Source: Spirochaetia bacterium (lineage in GTDB: Bacteria; Spirochaetota; Spirochaetia; DSM-2461). From it: a stretch of DNA of 64,000 nt. The stretch's first letter is position 1. Every line of letters begins with the position of its first letter. Where the stretch lies: contig CAXXIA010000001.1 in the NCBI GenBank assembly GCA_963666985.2, positions 1,184,001-1,248,000 on the forward strand, written 5' to 3'. Under the pieces are notes generated by a model. That model ran no database searches and was not told the DNA's origin. It was given only the letters and a program-made list of their open reading frames with translations. Both the position numbers and the translations under genes were made by a program. Positions 28,387-38,441 of the stretch are shown one piece after another.

Positions 28387-30321
28387 CTATTCTTCTTCCT
28401 TCTTCTCCAGAGTTTTCAAACTGACGAACCTGGCCGATGTGAATTCCTTGGGCTTCAAACGCACGCCCCTGGCTTTTACTCCCTTGATAAGATAATCGCT
28501 TACCGGAAACTGATCGGTGCCCTTTAGAAGGCTCTTCTGCTTGAAATCCACCACGGCGGACACGTCTTCCTTGGTGGTCAGGCGGATCATCTGCCCCTCT
28601 TCCGGAACCACGGAATAAGAACGGTTCAAAATGTACTGGGTAATCCTGCAGCGTTTGATATAGGGAAATTGATTTTCCGTGTTACGGTACACCAGGGAGA
28701 AAACAACCTCTTCGCAGGTTTCTTTATCCGCCAAACCCGCGTAAAGCATGCCCTTGTCCACGAAGAGTTTATCCGGAATATCCGTAACGAAATACGTTCC
28801 GTCTTTCTTCATACAAAGAACACGATCGTAAACGGACGCGTCGAAGAGCACCCTGCCTCCGGAAACCTCGTAACCGAGATAACCCGTTTCGGGATTGTAC
28901 TTCAGCTTCAGATTCTTCCGGGCCGCGTCCCGAACATCCACTTTGCGCAGAGATACGATTTCGCTCCGGCGGGGATAGATGTCTCTGTGCTTATCCAGAA
29001 CGCCCTTCAAAAAATCAAGGGCGTACTCGGTCAGATGCTTCAGATGATATTCCACCTCGGCCAGCCGGTCCTGAAGCTGCCGTATTTCATCTTCCATCCG
29101 CTGAATGTCGAATTGGGAAATACGTCTGATGGGGATTTTCAGCAGCCGCTCCACATCTTCATCGGTTACATCGCGGGTGATTTCTTCTTTAAAAGGATCG
29201 AAGCCTTTATGAACCGCTCTGAAGATGCCTTCGACCGTCTTGATCGGCTCAATGCGCTTATAGATTTTCTCGACGATGAAAATTTTCTCCAGGGTTCGGG
29301 CATGGATTTTATCCAAAAGCTGTCCTTTTTCGAGAAGGAGTTCCTTTTCCAAAAGAACCACAAGCCGCCGCGCATGGTGTTCGATAACTTCGGGAACCCT
29401 CATCACCACGGGTTTGTCGTCGGTAATCATCAGCATGTTCACCGCGATACTCACCTCGCAGTCGGTGAACGCGTACAGCCCGTCCAAAACGTCCTTTGTA
29501 TGCACGCCTCGGGGAAGAGCGATTTCAATCTCCACCTTTTCGGTGGTGTAGTCGGTGATTCCGCCGATTTTGATTTTATTCGACCGGGCGGCCGCCTCGA
29601 TGGAGGCGATAAGATTTTCCGTAGTCACACCGTAGGGAAGTTCCCGAATAACAATGCGTTTGGGATCGGAAGAATCAAGACGCACCCGGCTGAGAACCTT
29701 TCCGTTACCCTCGTCATAATTGGATACATCGAGGATTCCGCCCGAAGGCATGTCCGGATAAAGTTCGAATTCCTCGCCGCGCAGGCAAGCCTGTTCGGCT
29801 TCCAGAACCTCGACAAAGTTATGCGGAAGCATTTTGGTGGACATTCCCACCGCGATGCCTTCGGCGCCCAAAATCAGAGGCAGGGGGATTTTCGCCGGAA
29901 GCGTAACCGGTTCTTTTCGCCGGCCGTCGTAAGAATCCACGAATTCCGTGATTTCCGGCCCGAAAAGAACCTCTTTGGCCAAGGGCAGAAGACGGCATTC
30001 GATATACCTTGCGGCCGATGCCGGATCGCCTGTCAGCAGGTTGCCGAAGTTTCCCTGTTTATCGATGAACAAATCTTTATTTGCGAGATTTACGAGAGCC
30101 TCATAAATGGAAGCATCGCCATGGGGATGGTACTGCATGGCATGTCCCACGACATTGGCGACTTTATGGAATTTCCCATCATCCACGTCAAACAGGGACT
30201 GCAGAATGCGCCTCTGAACGGGTTTGAGGCCGTCATCCAAATGCGGAATGGCGCGTTCCTTGATAACGTATGAAGCATATTCGAGAAAATTCTCGTTGAA
30301 GAGTTTTGTTACGTAAGCCAT
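28387..30321 (-). CDS. parC: DNA topoisomerase IV subunit A
   Basis: DGLKPVQRR, YHPHGDAS and AARYIE; short CTD with no GyrA box. Confidence 0.93.
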   Translation of the reverse strand: MAYVTKLFNENFLEYASYVIKERAIPHLDDGLKPVQRRILQSLFDVDDGKFHKVANVVGHAMQYHPHGDASIYEALVNLANKDLFIDKQGNFGNLLTGDPASAARYIECRLLPLAKEVLFGPEITEFVDSYDGRRKEPVTLPAKIPLPLILGAEGIAVGMSTKMLPHNFVEVLEAEQACLRGEEFELYPDMPSGGILDVSNYDEGNGKVLSRVRLDSSDPKRIVIRELPYGVTTENLIASIEAAARSNKIKIGGITDYTTEKVEIEIALPRGVHTKDVLDGLYAFTDCEVSIAVNMLMITDDKPVVMRVPEVIEHHARRLVVLLEKELLLEKGQLLDKIHARTLEKIFIVEKIYKRIEPIKTVEGIFRAVHKGFDPFKEEITRDVTDEDVERLLKIPIRRISQFDIQRMEDEIRQLQDRLAEVEYHLKHLTEYALDFLKGVLDKHRDIYPRRSEIVSLRKVDVRDAARKNLKLKYNPETGYLGYEVSGGRVLFDASVYDRVLCMKKDGTYFVTDIPDKLFVDKGMLYAGLADKETCEEVVFSLVYRNTENQFPYIKRCRITQYILNRSYSVVPEEGQMIRLTTKEDVSAVVDFKQKSLLKGTDQFPVSDYLIKGVKARGVRLKPKEFTSARFVSLKTLEKKEEE

Positions 30322-32115
30322 TTAAATCAAGTTCTCCATAATGAATTCACGCCGCTGGGGCGTATTCTTCCCCATGAAAAACGCCAGTGTTTCGGGAACT
30401 TTCTTCATGGAATCGATTCCCACGGGAACCAGACGAATATTTTCGCCGATGAACTGGCCGAACTCATTAGGACTGATTTCCCCCAGTCCCTTAAACCGGG
30501 TTACCTCCGGCCCTCTTATCGACGCCATGGCAGAATCACGTTCCCTCTCGGAATAACAGTAGCGGGTTTCTTTTTTGTTGCGTACGCGGAAAAGAGGAGT
30601 TTCAAGGATATAGATATGACCGCCGACGACCAGTTCTTCAAAGTAATTCAAAAAGAAGGTAAGGATGAGATTCCTGATATGGAATCCGTCTGTATCCGCA
30701 TCGGTTGCGATGACGATGCGTTCGTAGCGCAAATTCTCGATATCGTTTTCAATTCCCAGAGCCATCATCAAATTGAAAAGTTCTTCATTCTTATAGATGG
30801 CGGTTCGTCCCTTGCCGTAGCTGTTCCAGGGTTTGCCCCGTAACGAATAGATCGCTTGGGTATACACGTCGCGGCAGCTCACCATCGAACCGGTGGCCGA
30901 TTGTCCCTCGGTAATGAAAATCGTCGATTCATCCCCCCTTTTATCGCCCCGGTGGAATTTACAGTCCTTGAGTTTGGGAATGTTGAGGGATATTTTCTTC
31001 GCCGCCGCCTTGGCTTCCTTTTTTACCGCGGCCAATTCCTTCCGCAGCTTTTCATTGTTGATTATTTTGTTTTCCAAGTCCTTGGCGGTTTCGGGATTTT
31101 TATGCAGAAAATCGATGACCGCGGCCTTAACCTCGTTGATAATCCAGCTGCGGACTTCGGTGTTACCGAGCTTGTTCTTGGTTTGACTCTCGAACACCGG
31201 ATCTTTCACCTTCACGGCTATGGCTCCGGCAATTCCTTCCCGCACATCGGTACCCGAATAATTTTTCTTTGCAAACTCGTTCACGCCCTTGAGCAGTCCT
31301 TCACGGAAGGCGCTCAGATGCGTTCCTCCGTCGGAGGTGAACTGTCCGTTCACAAAGGAAAAATGAGTCTCGCCGTACGCGCTTGTATGGGTGAACGCAA
31401 TCTCCATTTTATCGGCCGCATGGTAAACGATGGGATAGAGCACTTCATCGCCGACTTCCCGTTCCAGCAGATCATGCAGACCTTTTTTAGACTCGAATTT
31501 CGTACCGTTATAGTAGAGTTTCAAATTCCGATTCAAACAGGCGTAATTCCACATCCGCCGTTCGATGAATTCATCGTCAAAGGCGTAATCCGGAAAGATC
31601 TCCCTATCGGGGGTAAATTCCACGTAAGTTCCGTCCGAATGCCCCTCGCAGCCCCCCTTACGCTCCTTCAGCAGTTTGCCTCGTTCGAAAAAAGCTTCCC
31701 TGTAGCGGCCTTCGCGATAAGAACGGATAAGGAAATGGCTGGAAAGGGCGTTTACGGCCTTGGTACCCACGCCGTTAAGGCCTACCGAAAACTGAAACAC
31801 GTCATCGTTGTATTTCGCGCCCGTGTTGATGACGCTGACGCACTCCACAAGCTTCCCGTGAGGAATCCCACGGCCGAAATCCCGAACCGATACGGTTCCG
31901 TCTTTATGCTTGATTTCTATCTTCTTGCCGAATCCCATGATGAATTCGTCGATGGCATTGTCCACCACTTCCTTCATCAGGATATAAATGCCGTCTTCCG
32001 GATTCGTACCGTCTCCGAGTCTTCCGATATACATTCCGGAACGGAGACGAATATGTTCCAGGGAACTGAGTGTTTTGATTTTACTTTCGTCGTAAATTTG
32101 TGCAGTCGGAGCCAT
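30322..32115 (-). CDS. parE: DNA topoisomerase IV subunit B
   Basis: EVVDNAIDE, GLNGVG, TEGQSA, DADTDG and RFKGLGE. Confidence 0.93.
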   Translation of the reverse strand: MAPTAQIYDESKIKTLSSLEHIRLRSGMYIGRLGDGTNPEDGIYILMKEVVDNAIDEFIMGFGKKIEIKHKDGTVSVRDFGRGIPHGKLVECVSVINTGAKYNDDVFQFSVGLNGVGTKAVNALSSHFLIRSYREGRYREAFFERGKLLKERKGGCEGHSDGTYVEFTPDREIFPDYAFDDEFIERRMWNYACLNRNLKLYYNGTKFESKKGLHDLLEREVGDEVLYPIVYHAADKMEIAFTHTSAYGETHFSFVNGQFTSDGGTHLSAFREGLLKGVNEFAKKNYSGTDVREGIAGAIAVKVKDPVFESQTKNKLGNTEVRSWIINEVKAAVIDFLHKNPETAKDLENKIINNEKLRKELAAVKKEAKAAAKKISLNIPKLKDCKFHRGDKRGDESTIFITEGQSATGSMVSCRDVYTQAIYSLRGKPWNSYGKGRTAIYKNEELFNLMMALGIENDIENLRYERIVIATDADTDGFHIRNLILTFFLNYFEELVVGGHIYILETPLFRVRNKKETRYCYSERERDSAMASIRGPEVTRFKGLGEISPNEFGQFIGENIRLVPVGIDSMKKVPETLAFFMGKNTPQRREFIMENLI

Positions 32116-32219
32116 AATACAATTTTACCTTTTCACCAAACGCCCGTAAAGTCTTCCGAAACACTACATGTGGCGTTTATTTTGAATATTCGGCCTGCAA
32201 GTCCTTGCCGGCCCTTTTG

Positions 32220-32360
32220 CAGGCTGTTGAAAAAGTAAGATTTGGTTCGAAGACAAGGCCGAATCAAGCACAGAAAGCGCAGCGTACTGGCTGTTCGTGA
32301 GCATTTCGAGCATTGATTCAACGCCGTATACGGACCATAAGGTCCTTTTTCAACAGCCTG
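32220..32360. mobile_element. 141 bp MITE-like element
   Basis: Perfect 16 bp terminal inverted repeats CAGGCTGTTGAAAAAG / CTTTTTCAACAGCCTG with no coding core. Confidence 0.75.
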
Positions 32361-33578
32361 TTAGAATCGTCGATCCTTCCGCATCAGCGGAATCATCATA
32401 ATCGAAGCGGCCGCGCCCAAGGCCGCCGAAAGAAATCCCATTGTTTTAAATGAGAGACCTCCAAGGACGGCGAATCCGATGAACGGCGCCGCAACCCCGC
32501 GAAGACCGGCCAGAAAGGCATGGGCCGATTGATAGATACGAACCTGATCGGCCGAGACGATCCTGGTAACCCAAAGCTGCCAGATAAACGGAGAACCTGA
32601 TGAAGCGATACCATAGAAAGCGGCCGCGGTAAAGATAACCGGAAGCGATTCGGTTAGGAAATAGAGCGGAATGGCTATGATGAAAAAGAAGTTGATGATA
32701 ACCCGCAGCACGGGAAAGCTCATTTTTCGATAAAGAATCGCCCACAGAGGATTGCAGAGAAATCGAACCGCCATGGGAACAAGAACCGCAGCAAGCATTG
32801 CCGGAACAGGAGAAAGCCCCAAACCCCGTTCACGTTCAACCAAATACACCGCCCTGAGCGGAAGGGTCCAGAGATTGCCGAATCCTATGAGCATCCAGGA
32901 GGCCTGAACGTACAAAAACAGCGGGTTCCGAAAAGGCAGAGCCAGAACCTGCCACCATCGTTCCTCCCTCGGCTCGGGGTTCATTTCCGGGAGTTTCGTA
33001 AGCAGTATCGACGCGGCGGCCAGCGCCAGGGCGGCCGTGCCGACAATCCACCGCCAGGAGTCAAGATTTTCCTCCAGGATTCGTCCGCAGAGGAGTCCTG
33101 CTGCCAGAGATGCCAGAATGCTGAGCCGAAGACCGAGAGAAATCCTCCCGGCGCGGCGCTCCTCGGGATAAACTTCTCCGTATAAATCGGAAAAGAAGGG
33201 CTGTCTTTGGAAAACCGCCGCGGAGGAGAACGCCGCGCAAACGGCAAAAAGAACTCCCGAATCGGCAAAGGCGGCCGCCGCCAGCGAGAACGCGGACAAA
33301 GCGGTAAGAACAGCGACGATTCTGGAACGCCTGATGCCGCTTCGATTCAAGAATCCCGTCAGCGGCGCCGAAAGAAGATATCCGACGAAATTCGACGCGG
33401 CGATGAGTCCCTTCCAAAAATCCCCGACCGAAAAGAAACCGATGGCCACAACCATGAAGATTGAATCCACCAAAGGCTGAAAGAGTCCGTCGATGGTCTG
33501 CCTGATCGTGTCGATCCGCCAGGCGCGGATTTCATTTGGGCGGACGGCGGACACAGGAGCGGCTTGTTCGTTGGGCAC
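32361..33578 (-). CDS. MFS transporter
   Basis: 405 aa with about 12 hydrophobic segments; YPEERRAG loop. Confidence 0.85.
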   Translation of the reverse strand: MPNEQAAPVSAVRPNEIRAWRIDTIRQTIDGLFQPLVDSIFMVVAIGFFSVGDFWKGLIAASNFVGYLLSAPLTGFLNRSGIRRSRIVAVLTALSAFSLAAAAFADSGVLFAVCAAFSSAAVFQRQPFFSDLYGEVYPEERRAGRISLGLRLSILASLAAGLLCGRILEENLDSWRWIVGTAALALAAASILLTKLPEMNPEPREERWWQVLALPFRNPLFLYVQASWMLIGFGNLWTLPLRAVYLVERERGLGLSPVPAMLAAVLVPMAVRFLCNPLWAILYRKMSFPVLRVIINFFFIIAIPLYFLTESLPVIFTAAAFYGIASSGSPFIWQLWVTRIVSADQVRIYQSAHAFLAGLRGVAAPFIGFAVLGGLSFKTMGFLSAALGAAASIMMIPLMRKDRRF

Positions 33579-33719
33579 GGGACTTATTCTCCGCGAATCG
33601 GTTCGGATGGGGAAGCGGGCCGGCGGCCGAGAGAACAGAAGCCCTCGTGAGGATACTCAATCATCGCGATTCTGCCGGGAGAAGTTCACCTCGTTCCGAT
33701 CAAACCGCCGCAAAAACGC

Positions 33720-36700
33720 TCAATACGGAAGGCCCGCCAGTCCGCGAAGCATCCGATCCTGCCTCAGATAGGACAAAACCTCTCCGAGCCGCCGCGTTTC
33801 ACTCGAGAGCACATCAAGCCGGGCGCGGAGCCATTCTTCCTCGCGTCCGTATCCGGACTCCCAGGATTCCTTTGTTTCCGAAGCCCGCCGCATATCGTTT
33901 TCACGGACTTCGGTGTAATAATCGATGTTCTCACGATTCAATTCCATGGAATGCAGTGTGCTTCTGATCAGCGAAACAAGATCGCGGCGGGCCGCATCGG
34001 TTCGCGCGGCGGCGGCTTCGGCGGCGGCCTCGGCGCTTTTGCGCCCCGAAGAAGCCCGGCCGGAATCGAAAAGCGTTGTACTCGCCCCCAGGGTGAGCGT
34101 CCAGGAACCGTCCAAATCATCCGGTTCTCTTCCGTACCCGCCCCCGTAGGCAAACTCACCGCGGAAAACCAGATCCGGACGGCCTATCGATTTCGCCCCG
34201 GCCAGCCCGGCCTGGGCGTTCCGGACTTCTTCAAGGGCCGAAAGCGCTTTTATATCGGTGCTGTAAGCCAACGCCGCCGCGACCAATTCATCGCTTTCGA
34301 AAAGAGTGAAGGATTCAAGAGTCTCGTCAATTTCAGGCAGAACGAGGTTTTCCGGGGTCAGCGTCTCCACATCCGTCATTCGCTCCAGAGAGACAAGAAG
34401 ATCGTTCTCATTGCATCGCAATTGTGAGGAGGAAAGATGAACCTGCCGCCGCTGAGTGCGCGCGCGCCGATACTCGTCTTCCAAAAGGAAGCCCTCTTCA
34501 TAATTCCGCAAAGTGATTTCAACCAGTCTGTCGACCAGCAGCTCCTGTTTTTCCGCAAGCGCGATCATTTCGCGAATAAGACTCAGCGATTCCATCGCAA
34601 CGGTAATATCGGTCGCGAGTTTGTCTTCGGCCGAAACAACCTGCCAGCCGGCGGCCTCGCTTCCCCGCGCCGCCGCGGCGATTCCGGCGGAAATCTTGCC
34701 GGATGTGTACACCGGCTGTTCCAGAACCAAAGAAGCGTCATAGCGGAAATCATTGGCTTTGCCCAGGACTTCGAGATCTTCCGCCGGGAAAGGCGTTCCC
34801 ATGATATCTCCCAGAGAACCGGCTTCTACGCTGAGGATGGGATCGCTGAGATAAGAGGAACCCAGTTCCACTCCGAGTTTCGGCCCGTATTCGGCCTTGG
34901 CTCCCCGGAGCGTTTGAGCCGCCGAGCGGGCTTCGGCGCGGAGTGCGTTGAGCGAAGAATCATGTTCCAGGGCTCGGCGGATAAGAGCTTCGGTACTCCA
35001 GGGAGCGCCGATTCCATCCGCCGCGGAGGCCGGGATGAGCACCTCGGCCGCCGGTTCGTTTTCGGCTCCCTGCATCTCCGGCTTGTCACGGGCCTCCGCA
35101 ACGAAGGGAGCGGCCGGAAAGAGCATGAGGGCGCAGAAAAAAACAACCGGAACGCCGCCGACCGCCGAAGCCTTTTTCAAGAGGCCTCGGCCTTTGGAAG
35201 AGGATTCTTCCCGGTTCGCCGGTTTTTCCTCTTCGGGCGCCGGTGCGGGAACCCCGGTATCGGAAGAAGGTCCGAGGCTTTTCATCGAAGAGGCATGATT
35301 CGAATCGCTTCGGCCTTCGGGGTCATCCGCATCAAATATCGGCTGAAGCACGATTCTCTTCTTTTCCCTGCGCCTCTCCAGATGCTCATACAAAACCGGA
35401 ACCACCACCAGAGTAATCAGCGTCGAGGTGGTGAGCCCTCCGGCGATAACCTGCCCGAGCGGCGCATAGATTTCGGAACCTTCGCCCATGGCGAAAGCCA
35501 GAGGAATCAGTCCGAGAAGCGTTGTCAGGGTGGTGATGAGGATGGGTTTCAGCCGAATCCTCGCCGCATCGAGAATCGCGTCCCGTACGTTCAAGCCTTC
35601 CCGTCTCAAGCGGTTGGCGAAATCGACGAGAACGATGGCGTTGTTCACAACCATGCCTCCCAATGCGATGATGCTGAAGATGCTCATCATGGTAATCCGT
35701 GTTCCGAAGGCCATTTGAACCAAAGCGACGCCGATAAGGACAAAAGGCACCGATCCCATGATGATGAGCGGCTGTGTGAATCGCTCGAACTGAATCACCA
35801 TGACCGCGTACACCAGGAATATCGCGACGCCCAGGGCCACGGCCAAATCCCGGAAGGTTTCTCCCATCACGTCCGCGGCGCCGGCGATGCGCCAGGAAAC
35901 GCCCGGAGGGAAAGAGGCCTTCGCCAAGAGCGGTTCCATACGGGCGCCGACACCGGCCAGATCGTTCTCCGAGAGTTCTCCCACCACGACAATCGACGGA
36001 AGCCTGTCACGATGCGGGATTCGGTCGGTGGCGGGCCTTCGGTCCAATTGGGAAAAAGCGGCGTAAGGCACCGTTTCACCCGCCGCGTTACGGACTCGGA
36101 TTCTCCCTAAAATCCCATCGGCCAAAACATCGTCGGCCAGAGAGGAATCCACAATCAGCGGATAACTCGCCTCGTCCCCGTCCAGCGTTCCGGCCTGTTC
36201 GCCGGCAAAGAGAATCCGCAGGTTCCGGCCGGCGGACAACGGATCCACGGCCAGCCTTCCGGCGGCGATTTTATCAATATCCACCGTCAGGGATTCCTTA
36301 TCCAAACGCACTCCGAGGGATGCGCGTTCCACAAGGGGATCGGCTTCCATAAGAGCCCTGACGGCCTCGGCGGACTCCAGAACGGAATCCCAATCGGTTC
36401 CGGTGATTTCAATCCGGAATCCCTCGCCTTCGGTGGCATAGGCCAGCTTCTTCGCCAGACCGCCGTTGCGCACCGTGATGTCGGCGTCCATAACCTCGGC
36501 CGGAAGGACCTGATTCAGCCGGCCGATGATTTGAAATACCGATCTTTCCCGCTCGGTTCTCCGTTTCAGAACGACTCTTCCGTATCCGGAGGAAGGATTG
36601 CCGGTATCGATAATGGTCGCCGAATCCCCGATACCGGCGTACCAGAGATCGGTTTTAATTTCCGGAACTTCCCTGCGGACGATTTCGGCAATCTCCTCCA

Positions 36701-38441
36701 TCTTCTCTTCGGCGCGGTCCAAGTCGTAACCGGGAGGCAGGTCGCAGTACACTTCGAACTCATTCATATCCGGCATGCTGATCAATTCCCCGCCGAGGCG
36801 GGCCAAAAGCCCCAACGCGGCGGCGGTCAGAAGCAGAGAGAGAATAAGAACGAAGCCTTTTCGGTTTAATGCCGCGTTCAGAAACTTGGCGAAAGCTTTT
36901 GAGATCTTATCGAATCCGGCATCGAACGCCGATCCGAACCGGGCTATGAATCCCTTGCGGTCCCGATCGGAAAGAAGCCGCGAGGAAAGCCAAGGAACGA
37001 TGACAACGGCCGTTATCGCCGAAGAAGAGAGTGCGAAAAGCAGGGTCCAGGATACTTCTTTAAGAATGGCGCCGGCCAGACCGGAAACGAACAGAATGGG
37101 CACGAAGACCGAAAGCGACGTGCTGGTTGAGGCCAGAACCGCGCCTCCCACTTCGTCCGCTCCCAAAGAAGCGGCTTCCGCCGCGCCTTTCCCGAGCCTG
37201 CGGTGCCGCATCGTATTTTCCAGAATAACGACCGATGAATCCACGATCATCCCGATGGAGACGGTCATTCCCGCAAGGGTCATCATATTCAGACTCATTC
37301 CCCTGGCCCGCATCAGGATGAATGTGAGAAAGATGGTAAAGGGAATGGACATGGACACGATTAAGGCCGCCCGAAGGTCGTGCAGGAATAAAAGAAGGAT
37401 CAGAGCGGCGAGTAATCCGCCGAGCCATGCCGAGCGGCCGACCGAAGAGAGCGTGATGCCGATGGTTTCGGCATCGTCAAGAACGGGAACGAAACGAATC
37501 CGGCCGCGGGTTTCCGCCTCAATATCCGCCTGCAATTCCTTTACGGCGGAAATAAGAGTTTCGGTATCCCCGTCCGGCCTTTTCATCACATCCAGAGCCA
37601 CCGTTTTTTTTCCGTTCGAGGAGGCTCTGAATTCGGGATTTTCGCTTCCCATGCCGACGGTTCCCAGATCATCCAGAAAAACAGGGTGCCCGGCCGCGTC
37701 GTATCCGACCGGCTGACTTCCCACATCGGCCAGGCTCCCGTAATCCCCCCGGGACTGAAGAGACACACGATCGGCCCCGATAACGACATCGCCGGCCGGA
37801 ACATTCGCCTGTCCGCGGGCAACGGCCGCATAGGCCTCCAGGGCGGTAATGTCCATGGCTTCAAGTTTCGCCGGATCGAGTCTGATGCGAACCGCGGGCT
37901 TCTCGGCGCCCCGAGCGTAAACGGCCGAAACATCGGCAAGCCGGCTGAAGCGCGGGAGAAAATCCTCATCCAGAACACGGGCCAATTCGCCTTCTTCCAT
38001 ATCGGATTCAACCAGACAGGAATAGACCGGCAGTGAAGATACGCCGAGATCGTAGATTCTCGGACTTCCCGCCAAACCGTCGGGAAGATCCGAGGAGGCG
38101 GCATTGATCCTGTCGCGGATGTCGTTTTTCTTGGCCTCGATATCGGCGTCCCAATCGAGCACGATAAAAATGGTCGAATAGCCGTCGTATGAGTCGGAGC
38201 TGATTTTTTCCACTCCGGAAATAAGGCCGAATGAATCTTCCAGAGGTTCGGTTACTTCCCGTTCCACCGTTTCCGGGGAGGCTCCGGGGTAAACGGAAAA
38301 CACCAGGATTTCCGGCATTTCGATGTTGGCCAATAAATCGCGCTTCATTCCGCGGAACGAAAGAAGGCCGAAAAGGGCCAGGGTTATCAGCAGAATGCCG
38401 ATAATCGCCGGATGCTTAATGGAAAAATCGGCGATTTTCAT
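33720..38441 (-). CDS. RND efflux permease (AcrB family) fused to a TolC-like outer-membrane factor
   Basis: First ~1020 aa are RND (YPGASPETVEREV, GMIVDSSVVILEN, RLKPILITTL); last ~430 aa are TolC-like (LEQPVYTSGK, TLFDSGR); single uninterrupted frame. Confidence 0.9.
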   Translation of the reverse strand: MKIADFSIKHPAIIGILLITLALFGLLSFRGMKRDLLANIEMPEILVFSVYPGASPETVEREVTEPLEDSFGLISGVEKISSDSYDGYSTIFIVLDWDADIEAKKNDIRDRINAASSDLPDGLAGSPRIYDLGVSSLPVYSCLVESDMEEGELARVLDEDFLPRFSRLADVSAVYARGAEKPAVRIRLDPAKLEAMDITALEAYAAVARGQANVPAGDVVIGADRVSLQSRGDYGSLADVGSQPVGYDAAGHPVFLDDLGTVGMGSENPEFRASSNGKKTVALDVMKRPDGDTETLISAVKELQADIEAETRGRIRFVPVLDDAETIGITLSSVGRSAWLGGLLAALILLLFLHDLRAALIVSMSIPFTIFLTFILMRARGMSLNMMTLAGMTVSIGMIVDSSVVILENTMRHRRLGKGAAEAASLGADEVGGAVLASTSTSLSVFVPILFVSGLAGAILKEVSWTLLFALSSSAITAVVIVPWLSSRLLSDRDRKGFIARFGSAFDAGFDKISKAFAKFLNAALNRKGFVLILSLLLTAAALGLLARLGGELISMPDMNEFEVYCDLPPGYDLDRAEEKMEEIAEIVRREVPEIKTDLWYAGIGDSATIIDTGNPSSGYGRVVLKRRTERERSVFQIIGRLNQVLPAEVMDADITVRNGGLAKKLAYATEGEGFRIEITGTDWDSVLESAEAVRALMEADPLVERASLGVRLDKESLTVDIDKIAAGRLAVDPLSAGRNLRILFAGEQAGTLDGDEASYPLIVDSSLADDVLADGILGRIRVRNAAGETVPYAAFSQLDRRPATDRIPHRDRLPSIVVVGELSENDLAGVGARMEPLLAKASFPPGVSWRIAGAADVMGETFRDLAVALGVAIFLVYAVMVIQFERFTQPLIIMGSVPFVLIGVALVQMAFGTRITMMSIFSIIALGGMVVNNAIVLVDFANRLRREGLNVRDAILDAARIRLKPILITTLTTLLGLIPLAFAMGEGSEIYAPLGQVIAGGLTTSTLITLVVVPVLYEHLERRREKKRIVLQPIFDADDPEGRSDSNHASSMKSLGPSSDTGVPAPAPEEEKPANREESSSKGRGLLKKASAVGGVPVVFFCALMLFPAAPFVAEARDKPEMQGAENEPAAEVLIPASAADGIGAPWSTEALIRRALEHDSSLNALRAEARSAAQTLRGAKAEYGPKLGVELGSSYLSDPILSVEAGSLGDIMGTPFPAEDLEVLGKANDFRYDASLVLEQPVYTSGKISAGIAAAARGSEAAGWQVVSAEDKLATDITVAMESLSLIREMIALAEKQELLVDRLVEITLRNYEEGFLLEDEYRRARTQRRQVHLSSSQLRCNENDLLVSLERMTDVETLTPENLVLPEIDETLESFTLFESDELVAAALAYSTDIKALSALEEVRNAQAGLAGAKSIGRPDLVFRGEFAYGGGYGREPDDLDGSWTLTLGASTTLFDSGRASSGRKSAEAAAEAAAARTDAARRDLVSLIRSTLHSMELNRENIDYYTEVRENDMRRASETKESWESGYGREEEWLRARLDVLSSETRRLGEVLSYLRQDRMLRGLAGLPY

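Noticed and set aside
24863..29242. parC repeat pair as a diversity-generating retroelement TR/VR
   Set aside because: Only 3-4 mismatches, not adenine-specific, and no reverse transcriptase in the window.
28669..32238. Long plus-strand ORFs (534 and 460 aa)
   Set aside because: Antisense shadows of parC and parE.
34437..36110. 557 aa plus-strand ORF
   Set aside because: Antisense shadow of the GC-rich RND gene.
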